Assembly (NCBI GenBank): GCA_002104905.1
Contig: MCFE01000479.1
Coordinates: 1 to 64,000, forward strand
Reading direction: 5' to 3'
DNA from: Basidiobolus meristosporus CBS 931.73
Taxonomy: Eukaryota > Fungi > Basidiobolomycota
DNA: 64,000 nt
The first letter of the stretch is position 1. Each line of letters opens with the position of its first letter. The notes under the pieces were generated by a model. It searched no databases. It had not been told where the DNA came from and saw only the letters and a list, made by a program, of their open reading frames with translations. The translations under genes were made by a program, and so were the position numbers. Positions 48,911-62,691 of the stretch are shown in pieces.

Positions 48911-50289
48911 CAATGTAGGCATTCAAGTTGCCTTGTATCCTATAACCATTTAGTGAATTTGTTGGCCAAGTCATGTATTCCATAGTTGTAACCACACCAT
49001 TGAAAATTATTGTCTAAACCAGATCTGTCTACCTCAAATGAACGCGATCTATGAACATCCCTTCCTAACGTGTGATTCGATTGGATCGAGGGGGGGGGGT
49101 GAGAGTTACTCTGTGCAGTGACGTATATTGGTGGTCTGTCACGCCATATACACCCTCTCTAAAATAAAACCAATACAGTTGTGCTGCACTCATGAAACTT
49201 TGGTCCGATTGACACAAACCGATGTCTCAAGCAGTTGCTCAGTGCAACGAAAACTCACTGGTTGTGTATTGGTTACGACTATCACTGATAATGTTGGCCA
49301 TCGTTGTAAGCTCGATGTCATGCATGCGTATTTGAGAGAACTGCTGTTGATAACAGTGCCGAAGAAACTAATGGGCTAGGAAGCTTACGGGGTGAAGAGA
49401 TGACTCCAAATTTATTTGTAGCGTGGCGGCATCCATCCGCTGTAGATCTCCCTGGAATCCTAGGTTGGGAGATACATCAATCTGTAGATATTCAGGCTTG
49501 TTTTAGAAAAGCTAGTTTGATGTCAGCATACCATTTTCTTGCTTCAAGAATCACCGGAAACAGAGATGCTACCTTTGGTACGCGGCATAGGGGCTTGAAC
49601 CAGCGAAATTTCCAGAGATTTGCAGTGAGGTATCTCACCACACCGTCTAGGAAGCCTGGATGATTTACCGAATGAATAAAAATACCAGCCAGTGTTGGGG
49701 CTCATGAGAGTGGAAAGTACGCTCAACTTGAAGGGTTACCCGGAAGGCCCATCTGAATCAGGGGTTTGGAACTCCGACCAGCACAAGCAAATGGGTTGAA
49801 TGGAACGGAGCGGGATTTCTCGGTGAATTAATAAAAAAGCTGGTGAAAAGCAAGATACTCCGCCGACATCTCTATCACCTGACAAATGTAGTCATAAAGT
49901 AGGCATCCTAGACAACTAACATCAATCGGCTACGAGCCTCGAGAAGATCGATAAAACAATGTAATTGCTCAAGATTGGGTTCAGGTACTTGCATTCTGTA
50001 TGCGATTCACGATCGCGCAAGTGAGGGCTGACCATCGATGTGGTGGATGCATGCCAAAGAGTTAGAAGGATCGATCAGCAGTTGGTTTAATCGATCGGCA
50101 GTGAGTTGGATCGAGAGCAATTATCAACTGTGTTGCGATTAGACCGATCCATTTGATTTCAGAATTATGAGATGGGTTTTCAGGAGTCCTTGCCAAATCC
50201 CACTTCCATATTTAGTGGCCTACATTACGAGCAGTATATAATCCAATTGATGGAACAGGCCGTGAATCTAATCCTTCATCTCACAAATA

Positions 50290-51039
50290 ATGAATGTCCA
50301 ACCTCAACTGTATCCTTCATATAAGATGACGCACCCAAACTCGGGCATCAATATGGGCATGGGCCTAGCTGGTGGGATCAGGGCAGTGGGAAGAGCCACC
50401 CCTCCATGTTTGGCAAAATCCAACATCGTCGATTCTGAAAGAGAAATCAAACGTCGCAACCGGCTCAACCCACAACAGGTCAGCCGATTGATCCAAGTGT
50501 TTAGACAAACCACGAAGCCGAGGACTGAGGTGCGACGAAATCTTGCCAAAGAGCTCGGAATGCACCACCGTGCTGTTCAGATCTGGTTCCAAAACCGTCG
50601 CCAAAAGCTGAAGAAACAACTTCAGCAGGCATCCGCCATCAATTCAAGCCAGCTTCTGAAGGGATGTATACTTGACCCTAATGGTGTATTACAGAGTTCG
50701 TTGGATGTTCTCTCCTTCAATTGCTTCGAAGACAGCTTTGCATTTCGCACTCAGAATCACACCGACTTCCATCGATCGCCACCACCATCATCATCACCCC
50801 CCTCCTCGTTCCCTTCAAGCGATCGGTCGTCCATCTCACCCCTACTTGAGAGTCCTGATAGCGATGGTTTGCATATGTTGATAAACCCTTCAGGTGATTG
50901 TTTGGAGTATAATCCAGTGGGGAGCTTGGAAGGTAATGAAGCTCGGCAAAGTAAAGAGATGCTTTCCAGCGCTAATCCATTTAACGATATACAGCCCTGT
51001 GCGAAACAATCGCCTTTGCCAAGCCAGAGTACAACCTAG
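50290..51039 (+). CDS. Homeodomain transcription factor, 249 aa
   Basis: KRRNRLNPQQ...LAKELGM..RAVQIWFQNRRQK (Q50 homeodomain) followed by a Ser/Pro-rich tail. Confidence 0.92.
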   Translation: MNVQPQLYPSYKMTHPNSGINMGMGLAGGIRAVGRATPPCLAKSNIVDSEREIKRRNRLNPQQVSRLIQVFRQTTKPRTEVRRNLAKELGMHHRAVQIWFQNRRQKLKKQLQQASAINSSQLLKGCILDPNGVLQSSLDVLSFNCFEDSFAFRTQNHTDFHRSPPPSSSPPSSFPSSDRSSISPLLESPDSDGLHMLINPSGDCLEYNPVGSLEGNEARQSKEMLSSANPFNDIQPCAKQSPLPSQSTT

Positions 51040-52913
51040 AATGCGGTTCACTAGGCGCTATTGAATCTGACGCCCTCCAATGGTCAGTACCAGTTGAATC
51101 TCAACAGCCGGACTACTTGATATCCAGCGAACATTCAAGGATGAACCCTACGTTCCAGGTGAAGAAAGCTGAGGTGCCCATTGGCTACGACAGCCTCGTT
51201 GAATCTGGTGGAGCCTACCTTCAAGTCCCAGAGCCTTTACTGACGAGAGTAGGCACGCTAGCAGCTCATAATGCTCCGAAAAAGCAGGTCTCTCCCAACA
51301 TATTCTTTCCAGGGGAACCCCAAGCACAAATTTATACCATAGACCCCACATCCTATGGTATATCCACTGTCAACCACACGAAGTTTAGCCTTAATCCTGG
51401 TAGATTCACTAACTTCGACTCAACTTCAGTTCAATAGTGATGTCCAGAGGTGGGGCTAGTTCAGCTCATGAAAATGCAAACGCAAATGTGGTTCGTTCCT
51501 TCTGCGGTATGCTCAACAAGACACACTAAACATGTAGAATTCTCACTTCATAAACCATACATTCATCATCGGAATCTGATCTGCAGTTGCGGATTTGCGT
51601 CGAACTCGCCGGTATTACCGGTGTAGTATGCTTTCGTGTGTTTGCATACCATATAGCCTATATGCTGCTAGTTCGTTTATTCCAAACCCCTGGTATATCT
51701 CAGTTCATTGAGGATTCTTCAATGTTCAATTCTATAGTGTCCAAACTATAATAAACCTAGCTCAACCGATAGCTACGTGCTACATGCATCAAGCACATTG
51801 AGAATCGCTCTCTATCATTAGGTCCATACACAAACACCCGTGATAACGAGCTTGGTGGTTGCTGCCATCCATTTGACCAATAAAAGCGACGTACAAGGGG
51901 CGTATACAGTTGATCGTATGCATCGGAGATGTTGCAAATTATGCATCATGTAGTCGCCCCACTGCTGATTAGTAACCAGTTCAATGTTCATTAGTTAAGG
52001 TGTGATGCTTACCTCCCTAAACCAAAAGAAAATGCCTGTTGTGACTATTTCTATTGAACCTGCATAGTCAACTAAAATCGGATGCCGTTTGATGGTACTA
52101 TTGACAGCACCGATAAACAGTTTTTGCTACGCTCGGTGTGAGGTTCTACTCGGAAGCAGCGATGTCTGTCGCACTGTTGCATTCGATGGAAATTTCAATC
52201 TTCGGTAATGATTGTTCTAGGTCGAGTCTTTGAGCAGGCGGGGATCTATCAGAGTGATAGCTGTGCTGCAGTCCACGATCAGCCCAAAACCTGATCTATC
52301 AGAGTTACACTGAAATCACCATTCTTGAATATGAGCTAAATTTAGGATACGTGTAGGGGCTGGGAAGAATCAGGATGGGGATTTTCCATAGCTCGTTAAA
52401 GTATCGAATCGGGTGTTCCCTTCAAACTGGACAGCAGAGTCAGACGGGCTACGCTACAAACGAACACTGTTCTTGGAAGTCGATAGGATCTATGTGTGCT
52501 GTGCAGTACTGAGGACATCCGCTAGCCTCATCTCAGGTGTCTATTCTACCCAACTGAGGACTCGACAGCCAGACATAGTTCTGATCCAGCAAGTTCACCG
52601 TTATGCTGGTTATGGAATTAAGCACACATTGTATTTATGCAAAATATGGTTGCAACAAGGTTTCGCCATGGAAATCTCAGAGCGAACAGGTTTTGAGGTG
52701 CCAACGTATTTGCCGATTAATAATAGAATACCGTGAACTGGTTTTTTCCCAGTTTATGATGGAATAGAAGCGCAAGAGAAGCTTTGGAATGGTTAGTGGT
52801 GTAACATAATAAATAAGGGAAATATGGTTCACCAGAGATAAAATCAAATCCTTTTAATAGCGAGCAAATGGCCAGTGCCAAATTTTGCAGTGTTAGCTTG
52901 CACTGAGTTTGTC

Positions 52914-53850
52914 ATGTCTGCCTATTCCTACATCTCTATTTCAACCGCTGGCGAAGATGGTGTAGAGCCTACTTTCATTTATCTATCCGCAAGTTTCAAC
53001 GAAGTGATTGGTCACGCAGATGAAGAAATGGTTAACAAGAAAGTGAAATTTGTTTTTCCAAACAAGTCTTTCTGGTACTCCTCTTTACGTTGCTTATCAG
53101 ACCTTCAGGCGTTCGGCACCATTTTGTACAATAATATCAAAACCGAATACGGCGATATTCTTTTGCAAACAGTTATGTTTTGTTGCGAAGGAAAGCATAT
53201 ATGCATCAATAGAAGACTTGGCGAAGAAGATTTCGCAGAAGGATTCTTGCTGGGTAGGCTTTTTCAGAGACTGCCTTCTTTCCTTTTGGCTAAATTTCCC
53301 TTATCCAAGAAAGCACTTGTATGGCAGAGTCTATTGTATGTGTCGACCATGAAGATATCTACATTGGGGTATGAATTACATTACATATTTGAGCGCATTC
53401 TTGGCATTTCTAACCGCTTTCCATCCCAAGACTCAGGAAGGTATGCTCAGTATAAAAGGTGAAATTTATCAAGCCATCGCTGCCTCAATTCCCCCATTCC
53501 CGATCAATCAACAACGCATCGGGTTCATACTTAATCATTTTTCCGAGCACTGTCCCATCAGCTACTGTGTTGGGGACCCGGAGAAAACACTGGGGATATG
53601 CAGAAAAAGCCTCCTTGGAACTTCGTTCTACAGTTACGTTGAGAGTAGTGAGCTCGACATGGTAGAGGAAGAAATAAGAAACATGAAAATCGGGAAATTC
53701 CGCACGTTAGTCACCCAAATCGAATTCACTTTTCTTTCTCCAAAAGGAAATCTGGATATCAATGCAGGCATTTGCTATTCCAGTGATGGGATCGTAGTAG
53801 TTTTAATGTTGCTCGATCCTTTTGAGTTTTTCTTAGACAAGGCTCTTTAA
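52914..53850 (+). CDS. Tandem-PAS-domain protein without an output domain (intron boundaries around 53250-53430 uncertain)
   Basis: PAS-like block 1 is FIYLSASFNEVIGH..EEMV. Block 2 is FILNHF...ISYCVGDPEKTLG....LLGTSFYSYV...SSDGIVVVL. Confidence 0.7.
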
Positions 53851-54112
53851 TCGGACTTCACTCAGTTATCGCTTTGTATATTTCTGTACATACCTTCGAC
53901 CCTTTCCTAATTGTCTCTTATTAGAGCATTTCGCAGAGATCGGAGGTTCTTGTAAATAACTAATCACTTGGGTATAGCAACCATAAACGCACAAAACATA
54001 TATCTTGGTGTTGATATGAGACAGCTCACAGCATTCTCAGTTTATTACATTGCCATAAGTTTCGGTCTTCGTTACGTGGTCCTGATGGTTTATGCCATGG
54101 GGTGTATGCACA

Positions 54113-57100
54113 CTAATTGTGCATGAGAGAGGGGTGCTGCTCACGAAGACTTGTTGCAAGCTTCAAGAAGTGTTGACTCAAGTCCACTTCGTTTATGGCA
54201 TTATGGAAGCCGCAGGGGACCTGGGCATTGTCCTGCATATCCAAAACATTCTTCAGCTTGTTGGATCGAATGGATGCATTGTACTGCGCTTGGGCGATGT
54301 TGGCCATCTCCTTCAGAGACGAGCTGTAGGTGGTAACGGGTGAAAATAAAATGGAATAGAATCCTGTTGGGTATCTGGAGCATGTTTAGCCACAGGAACT
54401 GTGGAAGCATTGGAGTCATTGTAAATTACCCTAGCGATGCGAGCTTCTCAAAGAGATCGGAATAGTATTCCCTTCTAATCTGACATTCTCCATCAGAGAG
54501 GAAGATTATGGTAGGCAACCTAGTATAAGGTTTGTAAGTTCCACAAATGCACTTGAGGTATGTTTTTTGATCTAGCGCCTTACATCCTGGGATCCCAGTG
54601 GGTTTGGATCAATTCGCTTGCTGTTTTCATTGCGCTATCGTAGTTGGTTCCCGCAGGCCTTAATCTTTCACTTAGAAGGCGTTCAATCACTTCTTGCGCA
54701 TTCAATGTTGTGTCATGATTGAGCTGGATCTGAGATACACTGCTAAATAGCACGATTGATATGGCATCCCGGCCATCTGTTCCCTCGGACCACGTGGCTT
54801 GCCGAGATTGAAGAAATCGAAAGGTGGCGTCAAGTACGGCACCAAACCTATTGTTGAACGCTCCTACCAGGCGATTATACAATGGGGATCCGAATAAGGG
54901 CCCAAAATCACCGACAAACATCGAGCTGGACATATCCAAGCACAGCACAATATGATACCTGGCTTTTTCGGATACAGGGTTGGCGCAGTCGAAATGATGG
55001 CCATCAACTACAAGTGGCAGAGAAAATTGAGCACGATGGCTGAGATGGGGAAAAGCCAAATGTACCTGAAACATATCCTCTTCCCAAGGGACCAAGGTTT
55101 GCTGGATCCATAGGAGAATGGAACATACGAAGTGTGCAGTACGATCTACTAGAGTCCTGAGCTTTATGCTTTTCATCGGGACAATAGGCATCACAGCGTG
55201 CGAATAATTCTTGTTTTTCTTTGCCATACGGGTCTGTAGGAAGAGAAAGAATTGTGTTATTGAGTGTCGGCATAGCCTCAACAAGATTCAATACCTTTGA
55301 ACCCAGTTCGATCCCAGAAAAGTTTGTGCGTTATAAAATCTTTTGGGCGTTCAGGGTGTGGCTTAAGTTGCCCAAGAATATGCTTGCGTTCTTTGTCTAT
55401 ACTCTTCACAGCGTGTGTGGCGCCGATTTCGCAATACTCTATATGGGCGTGTGGCCCAAATTCCTGGCAATACTTTACAATGATTGAGCTTAGATGGCAC
55501 GCAGGTAGATGCAGTTTTTACTTACCATATTACACAGAAAGCATGAGCCACTGTCGCCAACGTTGAATGTATGAGATCGTAGTTCGAATTCGTCATCTAC
55601 CGCTGAGAATCTCGTGTTCACCATGTTCCCATGTCTAGTCTCATGTAGCTTTTGCGGATGACCAACTGGAAGTGTGCAAAAGTATTCGCAGTTGGGACAC
55701 TGAAAACAGTTATAAGTTGCAGGGCTCTCCCTCGAGGGGTACTTCTGGGTAAGCTTACCTTCTTTTGGCAGTAGTGGAAGGGATTGCTATCGGCGGAATG
55801 TTGATGGCTTCCTGGATGTGTGTACTTGCCACTGGGGATTTTTATACAACACCGCAACTTGTGAGCAATTTGAGTGTACTATAATAGATCAAACGTCAGT
55901 TTAGGAGCGTGGAAGCATGAAGCCTATTGACATACCTTTGTGTACATAAAACTGCCATGCTTGTTGGAGTACATCTCCTCAGCGATCTGAGGCTCGAGTT
56001 TGATCTCACAAATCCCTTCTGCCTCGCACAGTTTGGAACATGAATGCTCGTTGCTGGTAGTTCAAATATGAGTCACTACGAATCGATAAACTCTACTTCC
56101 TGACTTACCCGCAAAAATGATGCGCATCATCCGTTAATGCGTGGAAATGATCTCGACTCTTACAAGTAAGATTGCACCCTAACGGGCAAGAAATGGGGCA
56201 CGCTGACTGATTCTCGCATTTATGAATATCATGCGGTGTTTCAGAGGGAATGACGCAGAGATTGTTGCAGTTGAACACGGACGAATCGTGTTGTACTATG
56301 CCTTGCAGCGAACAAGGCTGTCCAGAAACGTTAGCAAGAAGTTGAGTACAGAGTAAGGAAGTGACTTACCTCCCCGCAGAAATGAACGCTTGACTGACAC
56401 AAATGCTCGTTACCATCGTGGTTTGCAGGCCTTGCACAGGTTTTTAAGCAATTTCTCTTGCTGTGTAGAGCGCAGGGTGCACCACATAAATGGATTGAAG
56501 TATCACATACGTGAGCTTCATCATGCCCCGCACGAAGTCCACAGAGTACCTCACTGACAAGTAGCTCTGACTCGTGCTGATCTGAAAATGAACAACCGTG
56601 GTGACATTCATGATCAGTACAACAGTCATGGTCCTCGTCGTGAAATTTGTTCAGAAGGCAGCGCAAGCTGCATTGGGAACATGTCAAACCACAAATCTCC
56701 CATCTTCTTTCGAACTTGGATATGCTTTCACTGAAATTATGCTGCAGTGCAGATATATCGCTGTTATCCGGAGGAAACCTATCGATATTCTGGTTGATCC
56801 AGGTGCTGATACGTTCGCGTCGCCTTGTCACCAGCCGTTGTATCAAAGTGGCGAATACCTCGAACCACTCCATATCTGATTTTGGCCATTTCTGTCGATC
56901 AAAGATGTTGTCGTTGACCCAATCACGAATGGGTTGACTCATCCCTTTGAATGGCTCTTCTGAGCTCAATACTAAACCCGAGTCGCAAGGCAATTCCACT
57001 TGAAGCACGCTGCCGTCCTTGCTTAAGCTGTGCTCAAAGATTTCGACCTCTTCGCCCAAGATAGTACCATCATCATAGTTCTGTAGATGCTGTTAGCCTG

Positions 57101-60100
57101 GAGGCAAGCAAACTATGGAGGTCAAGTTGACCACAAACCTTCAATGGTTCACTGAATGGGCTCAGCTCTTCTGTTCCAGTGGCAATCGCATGGTCTAAAA
57201 ATGCAGCAAGGCTCTTGGTTCGGATTTGGATAATATTGTTGTCCAAAGATGACCAGTCACAAATTTTCATCTTGCACATGAGAACCTAGGGTATTTCATG
57301 ATAAACTATAAGCACCGAGAGTATCAATGATTATGCTACATAGCCTCACCTTGATATTTTGCAGAAATTGCCGTGCGTTGTTGTGAGTAATTTTTTGCTG
57401 ACTTAACATCTGACCGATACTGTTGAATGTGGTGTAAAACTGGGGATCGTTGAATATGGGCCATGGCAATATGCTGAGCCGGGATCCATGCAGCTTTGTG
57501 ATGAAATTATCTTCTCCTTCTTTCGAGACGATCTGAGAAAACTTGGACTGGAACTCGCGTACAATTTCTGAACGGTCGCTAGCAGGAACATCTCTGATTA
57601 CAATGACCATGTGGGAGTGAAATAGCGACGGGTTTTGGGCAGGATCGAATATGGTGGCTCCCGATTGGAACCTTTGGAAAAGATCATGAATATCCCTGCC
57701 AATAGCAAAATCATTCTTGAATAGAATCATGTTCGAGATGGCTGCATTGAACAGGTTCATCAACACATCTTCTTGGGGTGTTCTTTCGATTGATTTCAGT
57801 CCCTCGAAATCCAAAAGAACGCAGAGGTATGGCCCATTTTGATCCTTGGTTGGGGTGAGAGATAGCCAAATGCCCTCAGTACATCTGGTGGCTGCACCAG
57901 CAAATGAAGAGTCCGCTAAATGGTTAAGTAGAAAGCTTTTCCCAAGTGACTGGCTTCCCATGGAACTTACAACCTTGACCGGATAGTCGCAGTAATACGA
58001 GAAAATCGATTCGTACCAGCCTAATGTACAGTTGGCTGTTAGCGTAGGAATGTCGCCACCTACCAACTGGTCATCGAAACTGTGGCAAGAAACCCCGTCT
58101 TTCAGAGGGACGAACTGATTATCCTTCGCAATTGCTATTTGGATAGGTAGAAGACAGCCAAGTTGAATTAGCCACTTGCCACAGTAGTATTGGTTAAACC
58201 AACTTTCAGGCAGATTTTTGAGGTCAACAGTTTTCATGTTGACGATCTCTACGCTGAATTCATTTTTCAGCTTATTCATTGGTTTTCTGGTATCGCTGTC
58301 CAGGCTTTGTATCTGTCTGTTCATGTAGTTTTTGAAGAATTCCTCATAGTCGTATTGTCCTCGATTGTTCGGTCTGTGTTGAGTGTTTGTGCCGATTCTC
58401 AGGACCTGATTAATTTTCTGCGCTACAAGTCCACTCTCCTGCTCGATAAAGCTGTTCACTGGGTAGCGTTCCCACATAGCCTTGTAGCAGTCAAGAAGAT
58501 CATTGACCTTCGATGGGGCTTCATAGTGGTATATGTTGAACGTTTGGAGTTTCTCGAGCGATATCCACGTGTGCTCACTTACAAACGAAGCTCGTAAAAG
58601 AGTATCTGAGAAGATTTCCTCAATTTTCAGTCGATTCCCAACGAATATTATATAGCCATTCGGTTGCATATTGCTGGTGAACATCGTATCTTCGCCATGT
58701 ACTGAAATGCCGTTTTCCAAGCCTTCGTCAAAGGCGAGAGATATCTTCCCGCTAAACGTCCTGGTCGCAAGTTTCTCCCTGAACTGCCATTTGTTTCTTT
58801 CGAGAGTGATACCCACATACGCCGAAGTGAAAATGGATTGTTCCACATTGAAGCCAATAATATGGATCTGATGCCCTCCCACCATCGATGCTGATATCGA
58901 CTCCAGCGAATTGAAGTTGGGAGGCAGCTGGATTTTGCGTACTTTCTCGCTTTGGCCAAAATCACCCCAAAACCACACGTAGACCATTAATTTGCCTATT
59001 TCTTTCGAGTCGCAGCTTTGATCCTCATGGGTAGCAGATTCATCATTGGCATCAGTTAGCATAGTCAAGTCCTCCTTCGTACAACCCCTCCTGGTTGGCT
59101 CGAATTCTTCCAAAAATGCCAGCAGGCAAGATCCATCTGAAGTCGATACGACACGAACAGCGTTGCTGGGAATCATCATGGAATTCGGTAGGATTTGATG
59201 TTGAATCATGCTGTAAATGCGCGCCTTTCCACTGCGCTCGATAAAGCATAGCTCTTCGCTTCCAGTGGGAAATAGCAAATGAGTAATGTCTGGGATTTGA
59301 TAATCATACCAGGCCTTGATCTGAATGTCGTTGTATCGGCTGCTAAGGGTTCCGGATGCCTCATCGAATATGTAAATATTTGCCTAATGGTGAAGTTAGG
59401 GTTTCCGCCGAGTTTTCCCCAAAGTAGTGCATTTAGAAATTCGCATACGTACCTTCGCATTGGATTTATCGTAGATTGCAACCAGCTGGCTGGCCTCGTT
59501 AATGGCTATCATCACATGATCCGGGTGTATGTGAAATTTCTTGAGCAGCCTATCTTCTTTGATATTACTTCCTATGGTTGAAGCTGCGGCATAGTACACC
59601 TTCAGAGTGGATTCTGTATACGACGCGATGAATGCGAGGTATTTCCCGTTATTTGTCTGGTAGATGCATCTATAGGGATATGCCTGGTTAGCGGAGCAGA
59701 TGGCAGGGCTCGCCGATTTCGAGTTCACTCACTTGAGACATTCCTCTTTGTAGGGCAGCTCAATGTAACTTAGCGTTTTCTTAGACGAGTTGCCCTCGAA
59801 CTGAGGAATCAGGACCTTCTCATTGCCTTGCTCTAATTCTCGAATATCTGATGCCTGGACATAGGTTAGATGAAGGTAGTAGCGAAGAATGTCCGGCTGC
59901 TTAGTTTCTACAGAGTAAGCAATGCTCTGGCGGTGTTGGTATATATCAAATCGCTTAAGTTTAAATTCGCGATCGTTGCTGGAAAAATGCTCTATCAACC
60001 GGCCAATGGAGTCGTCCACATACTCATGCTCTAGTTGGGTAAGAGCAGATAGCGATTCAGCCTCTAATTTTCGGATCTGGCGTTGCATCATCGTTTTCAG

Positions 60101-62691
60101 ATCCTCTACGACCTCATCAACTATTTCCTGGCAATATTCGGTCAATATATCGTTGAACAGCTTCATAAACGCCTCCATCACGTTGGATTCCACAGCATCC
60201 TCATCGACATTCATGGCCCAAGCGTTCAAGAGCAGAGCAATAAAGTCGGCATCGGGCATGTTGCGTGCTTTGCCCTTATTAGTGGGTTGTTTTTTGCCAT
60301 GCTTGAAAATGTGGATCAAGCCTTGCGATAGTTGTGAGACCCAGTCTGTGATCCCTTTGGAGGAGGAATCCTTCTTTATAATGTTTAGAATTATATTGCT
60401 GAACGGTTCAGTATCCTGTTCTTTGTAGACGTCGTATGCCAAGATATATTCCTTCTTTTGCTTTCTCCACTTTGGATGCCTGATATTTCGGAGTTTTTTC
60501 TCAATGCTGGCGACAATAGAGGTATCTTGCCCCAGCAGAACTATATTTTTAGGCATCGGGTTAGTGTTGTGGTGTGGCTCTAGTATAGATCGATTAGGGA
60601 AGTTACATTGGGATGATTCGTGGAATGAGGCCTCCTGGAGGTCAAGCGGTTCGGGGCTGTTAATTGGACTGTCAGTGGTGAGTTCACAGGCAGCTTCCGT
60701 GTTTGGCGCATATTCCTCGTCATTAGTCTTTTGATCGCTCATATTGATATCAGGAAAATCAATATTTTCGGCCGAATCATCTGCGCTTGAGTTGGCTTCC
60801 ACGATATCTCTGTCATCATTGATGGCAATAGGGAAATCCTCTAGAGGGTTGAAGTATTGATACCATGCACTTGGAGAGGATTTACATGTCAGTAGAGTGA
60901 TGAATGGCTAAATCCTAGCTGCACTTACGGATATATACTACGTAAGAGATGGTTGGTTACCACTTCCGCATGACCCCTTGTAGAGTTCAGCAATTCTCTG
61001 CACTTATGGTTGGTTTCCTCTCTCTGGGCATTTCCATCCTGTTCTACTTGAGTGATTTTCGCTTTATGCTTCTCAGTTAGGTCGCTTATGGGGTTTTCAG
61101 GTAATCCGGTGCAACATTCGACAAATGACTTGCGTTCTTGGTAGCTTAGAGACGAATCTATTGCCAAGCGATATCTCTCTCCGACCAGTTTCTGATATAG
61201 GAATCCTGGAACCTTTTCCTTGTTAAAGAGAGTTGTATTATGATTGTTCTCGACAATCTTTGATGCAATGAATTCACAAGTGATAAAACCCTGCTTTGTC
61301 TCCGAATCCACCACTCGTGGCGACAAATGCTGCTGAATGCCATCCGGGATTAATGTTGACGGATCAACCGGTGTTGAATAATTCTTTACTGGGATCTAAG
61401 GTAAATTGCTCAATGCTTGCGCTCAAAGGCAAGAAAGTATAAGTCATAGTCACCATAAATCCAGTAGATACTTGAAAATCCTCTTTCTGTTCTTGAGTTT
61501 TCTTCACTTCGAAGGTGAAGCATGTATCGAAGGTTTGGTGTTCTTGCCCAGATTCGAAATCGAAGTTATCTAGATCATCCTCAGATAATAGGCAGAGCTG
61601 TTGTTCGGTAAGTTTACACAAGTATCTAAGCAACAGTAATGTCAGTGATGATTATTAGACCCTAGATTGATCATCCAGTACCTATGAAACACAATACAGT
61701 TTTTCTTGGTGTGGCTCGTAGCCTTGTCGCTGTAACATTGTGGCTCAGGCCAATGTATAACAAATCCTCGTAAATCGCTTGAAGAGTTGTCAAGTAAGAG
61801 GTATAATCCTGAGCGAAGCCCCTTATCTTGGTTGTTGTTGGTATTGAAACCGTCATATTCATAAGTGAGGTCACCATCAGGTAACAGTAATGACGATTCC
61901 GCTTCCGTGACTGCACCCAGATTCGTGATAAACTTCCTGAGTGTTGGCCGATTCCCGTAAACTCCAAGCAACTGTATTGTCCTGCGATCAAGCGAACGGT
62001 AATTGACATGAGTAAGCTCAGCATAACTACCTGCTACGATCCTGTTGCACAGGTTCTCAAGGCAATCTTGAGCCATTATAACTTTGTCCACTGTTTCAGT
62101 TTAAGTGATTCAATACTGTGTAAGAGAAATACCCATTTTTTGAGATAACCTACCAAGCCCGCCACTGCCAACATCCTTATACAGGTCAAGAAGTCGATAC
62201 ATTCCTGAGATTTTCGATACAGCGTCCCAAGGGTGTAGTTCATTGTTGAACAGGTTATCTTCTGCCACGTCCCCACCTTCACTAGCGTAGTCATTAAATG
62301 TGTCAAATATTGAAAACAACTCTTCGCCGGCTGAAGTCTGCCCTGCTTCAGTTTCCTTTCCTGGTCGGCTTTCCATATCTAACCTGTCATCCACATCATG
62401 TCGTCTGCCGACGACTACTTCTGCATCTTGAGGACTAGCTTGGTTGACTGAGTTCGAAGCTGATAAATATTTAGTGTTTTCATCAGATTCGATTAGGTCA
62501 GAGTCTTGCATATTCTGTTGGTGTTGATAACTGACATCAGCGAGGTAAATGTCACTATCTGAATGGTTGCCAGCCGCTATCGCCGAGGAAGCAAATTGGC
62601 CTGCATCGTTATGCACTGGTTCAGGTGGCTCGTGATTGAAGCTACCCTCATCATTTTCGAGCCAAACTATATATTTTTGATGAGTATTCAT
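54113..62691 (-). CDS. Very large (~2,500 aa, ~18 exons) VLIG/GBP-type GTPase with Cys/His-rich repeats and a C-terminal VWA domain
   Basis: G1 GSQSLGKSFLLN, G2 RCTEGIW, G3 DFEGL and G4-like VIRD. Repeated C-x3-C...H..H.C units. VWA MIDAS DMSSS, GTNY and FLSDG. Exons join in frame through GT-AG introns, except one ambiguous junction near 60.85-60.94 kb. The start codon is uncertain. Confidence 0.85.
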
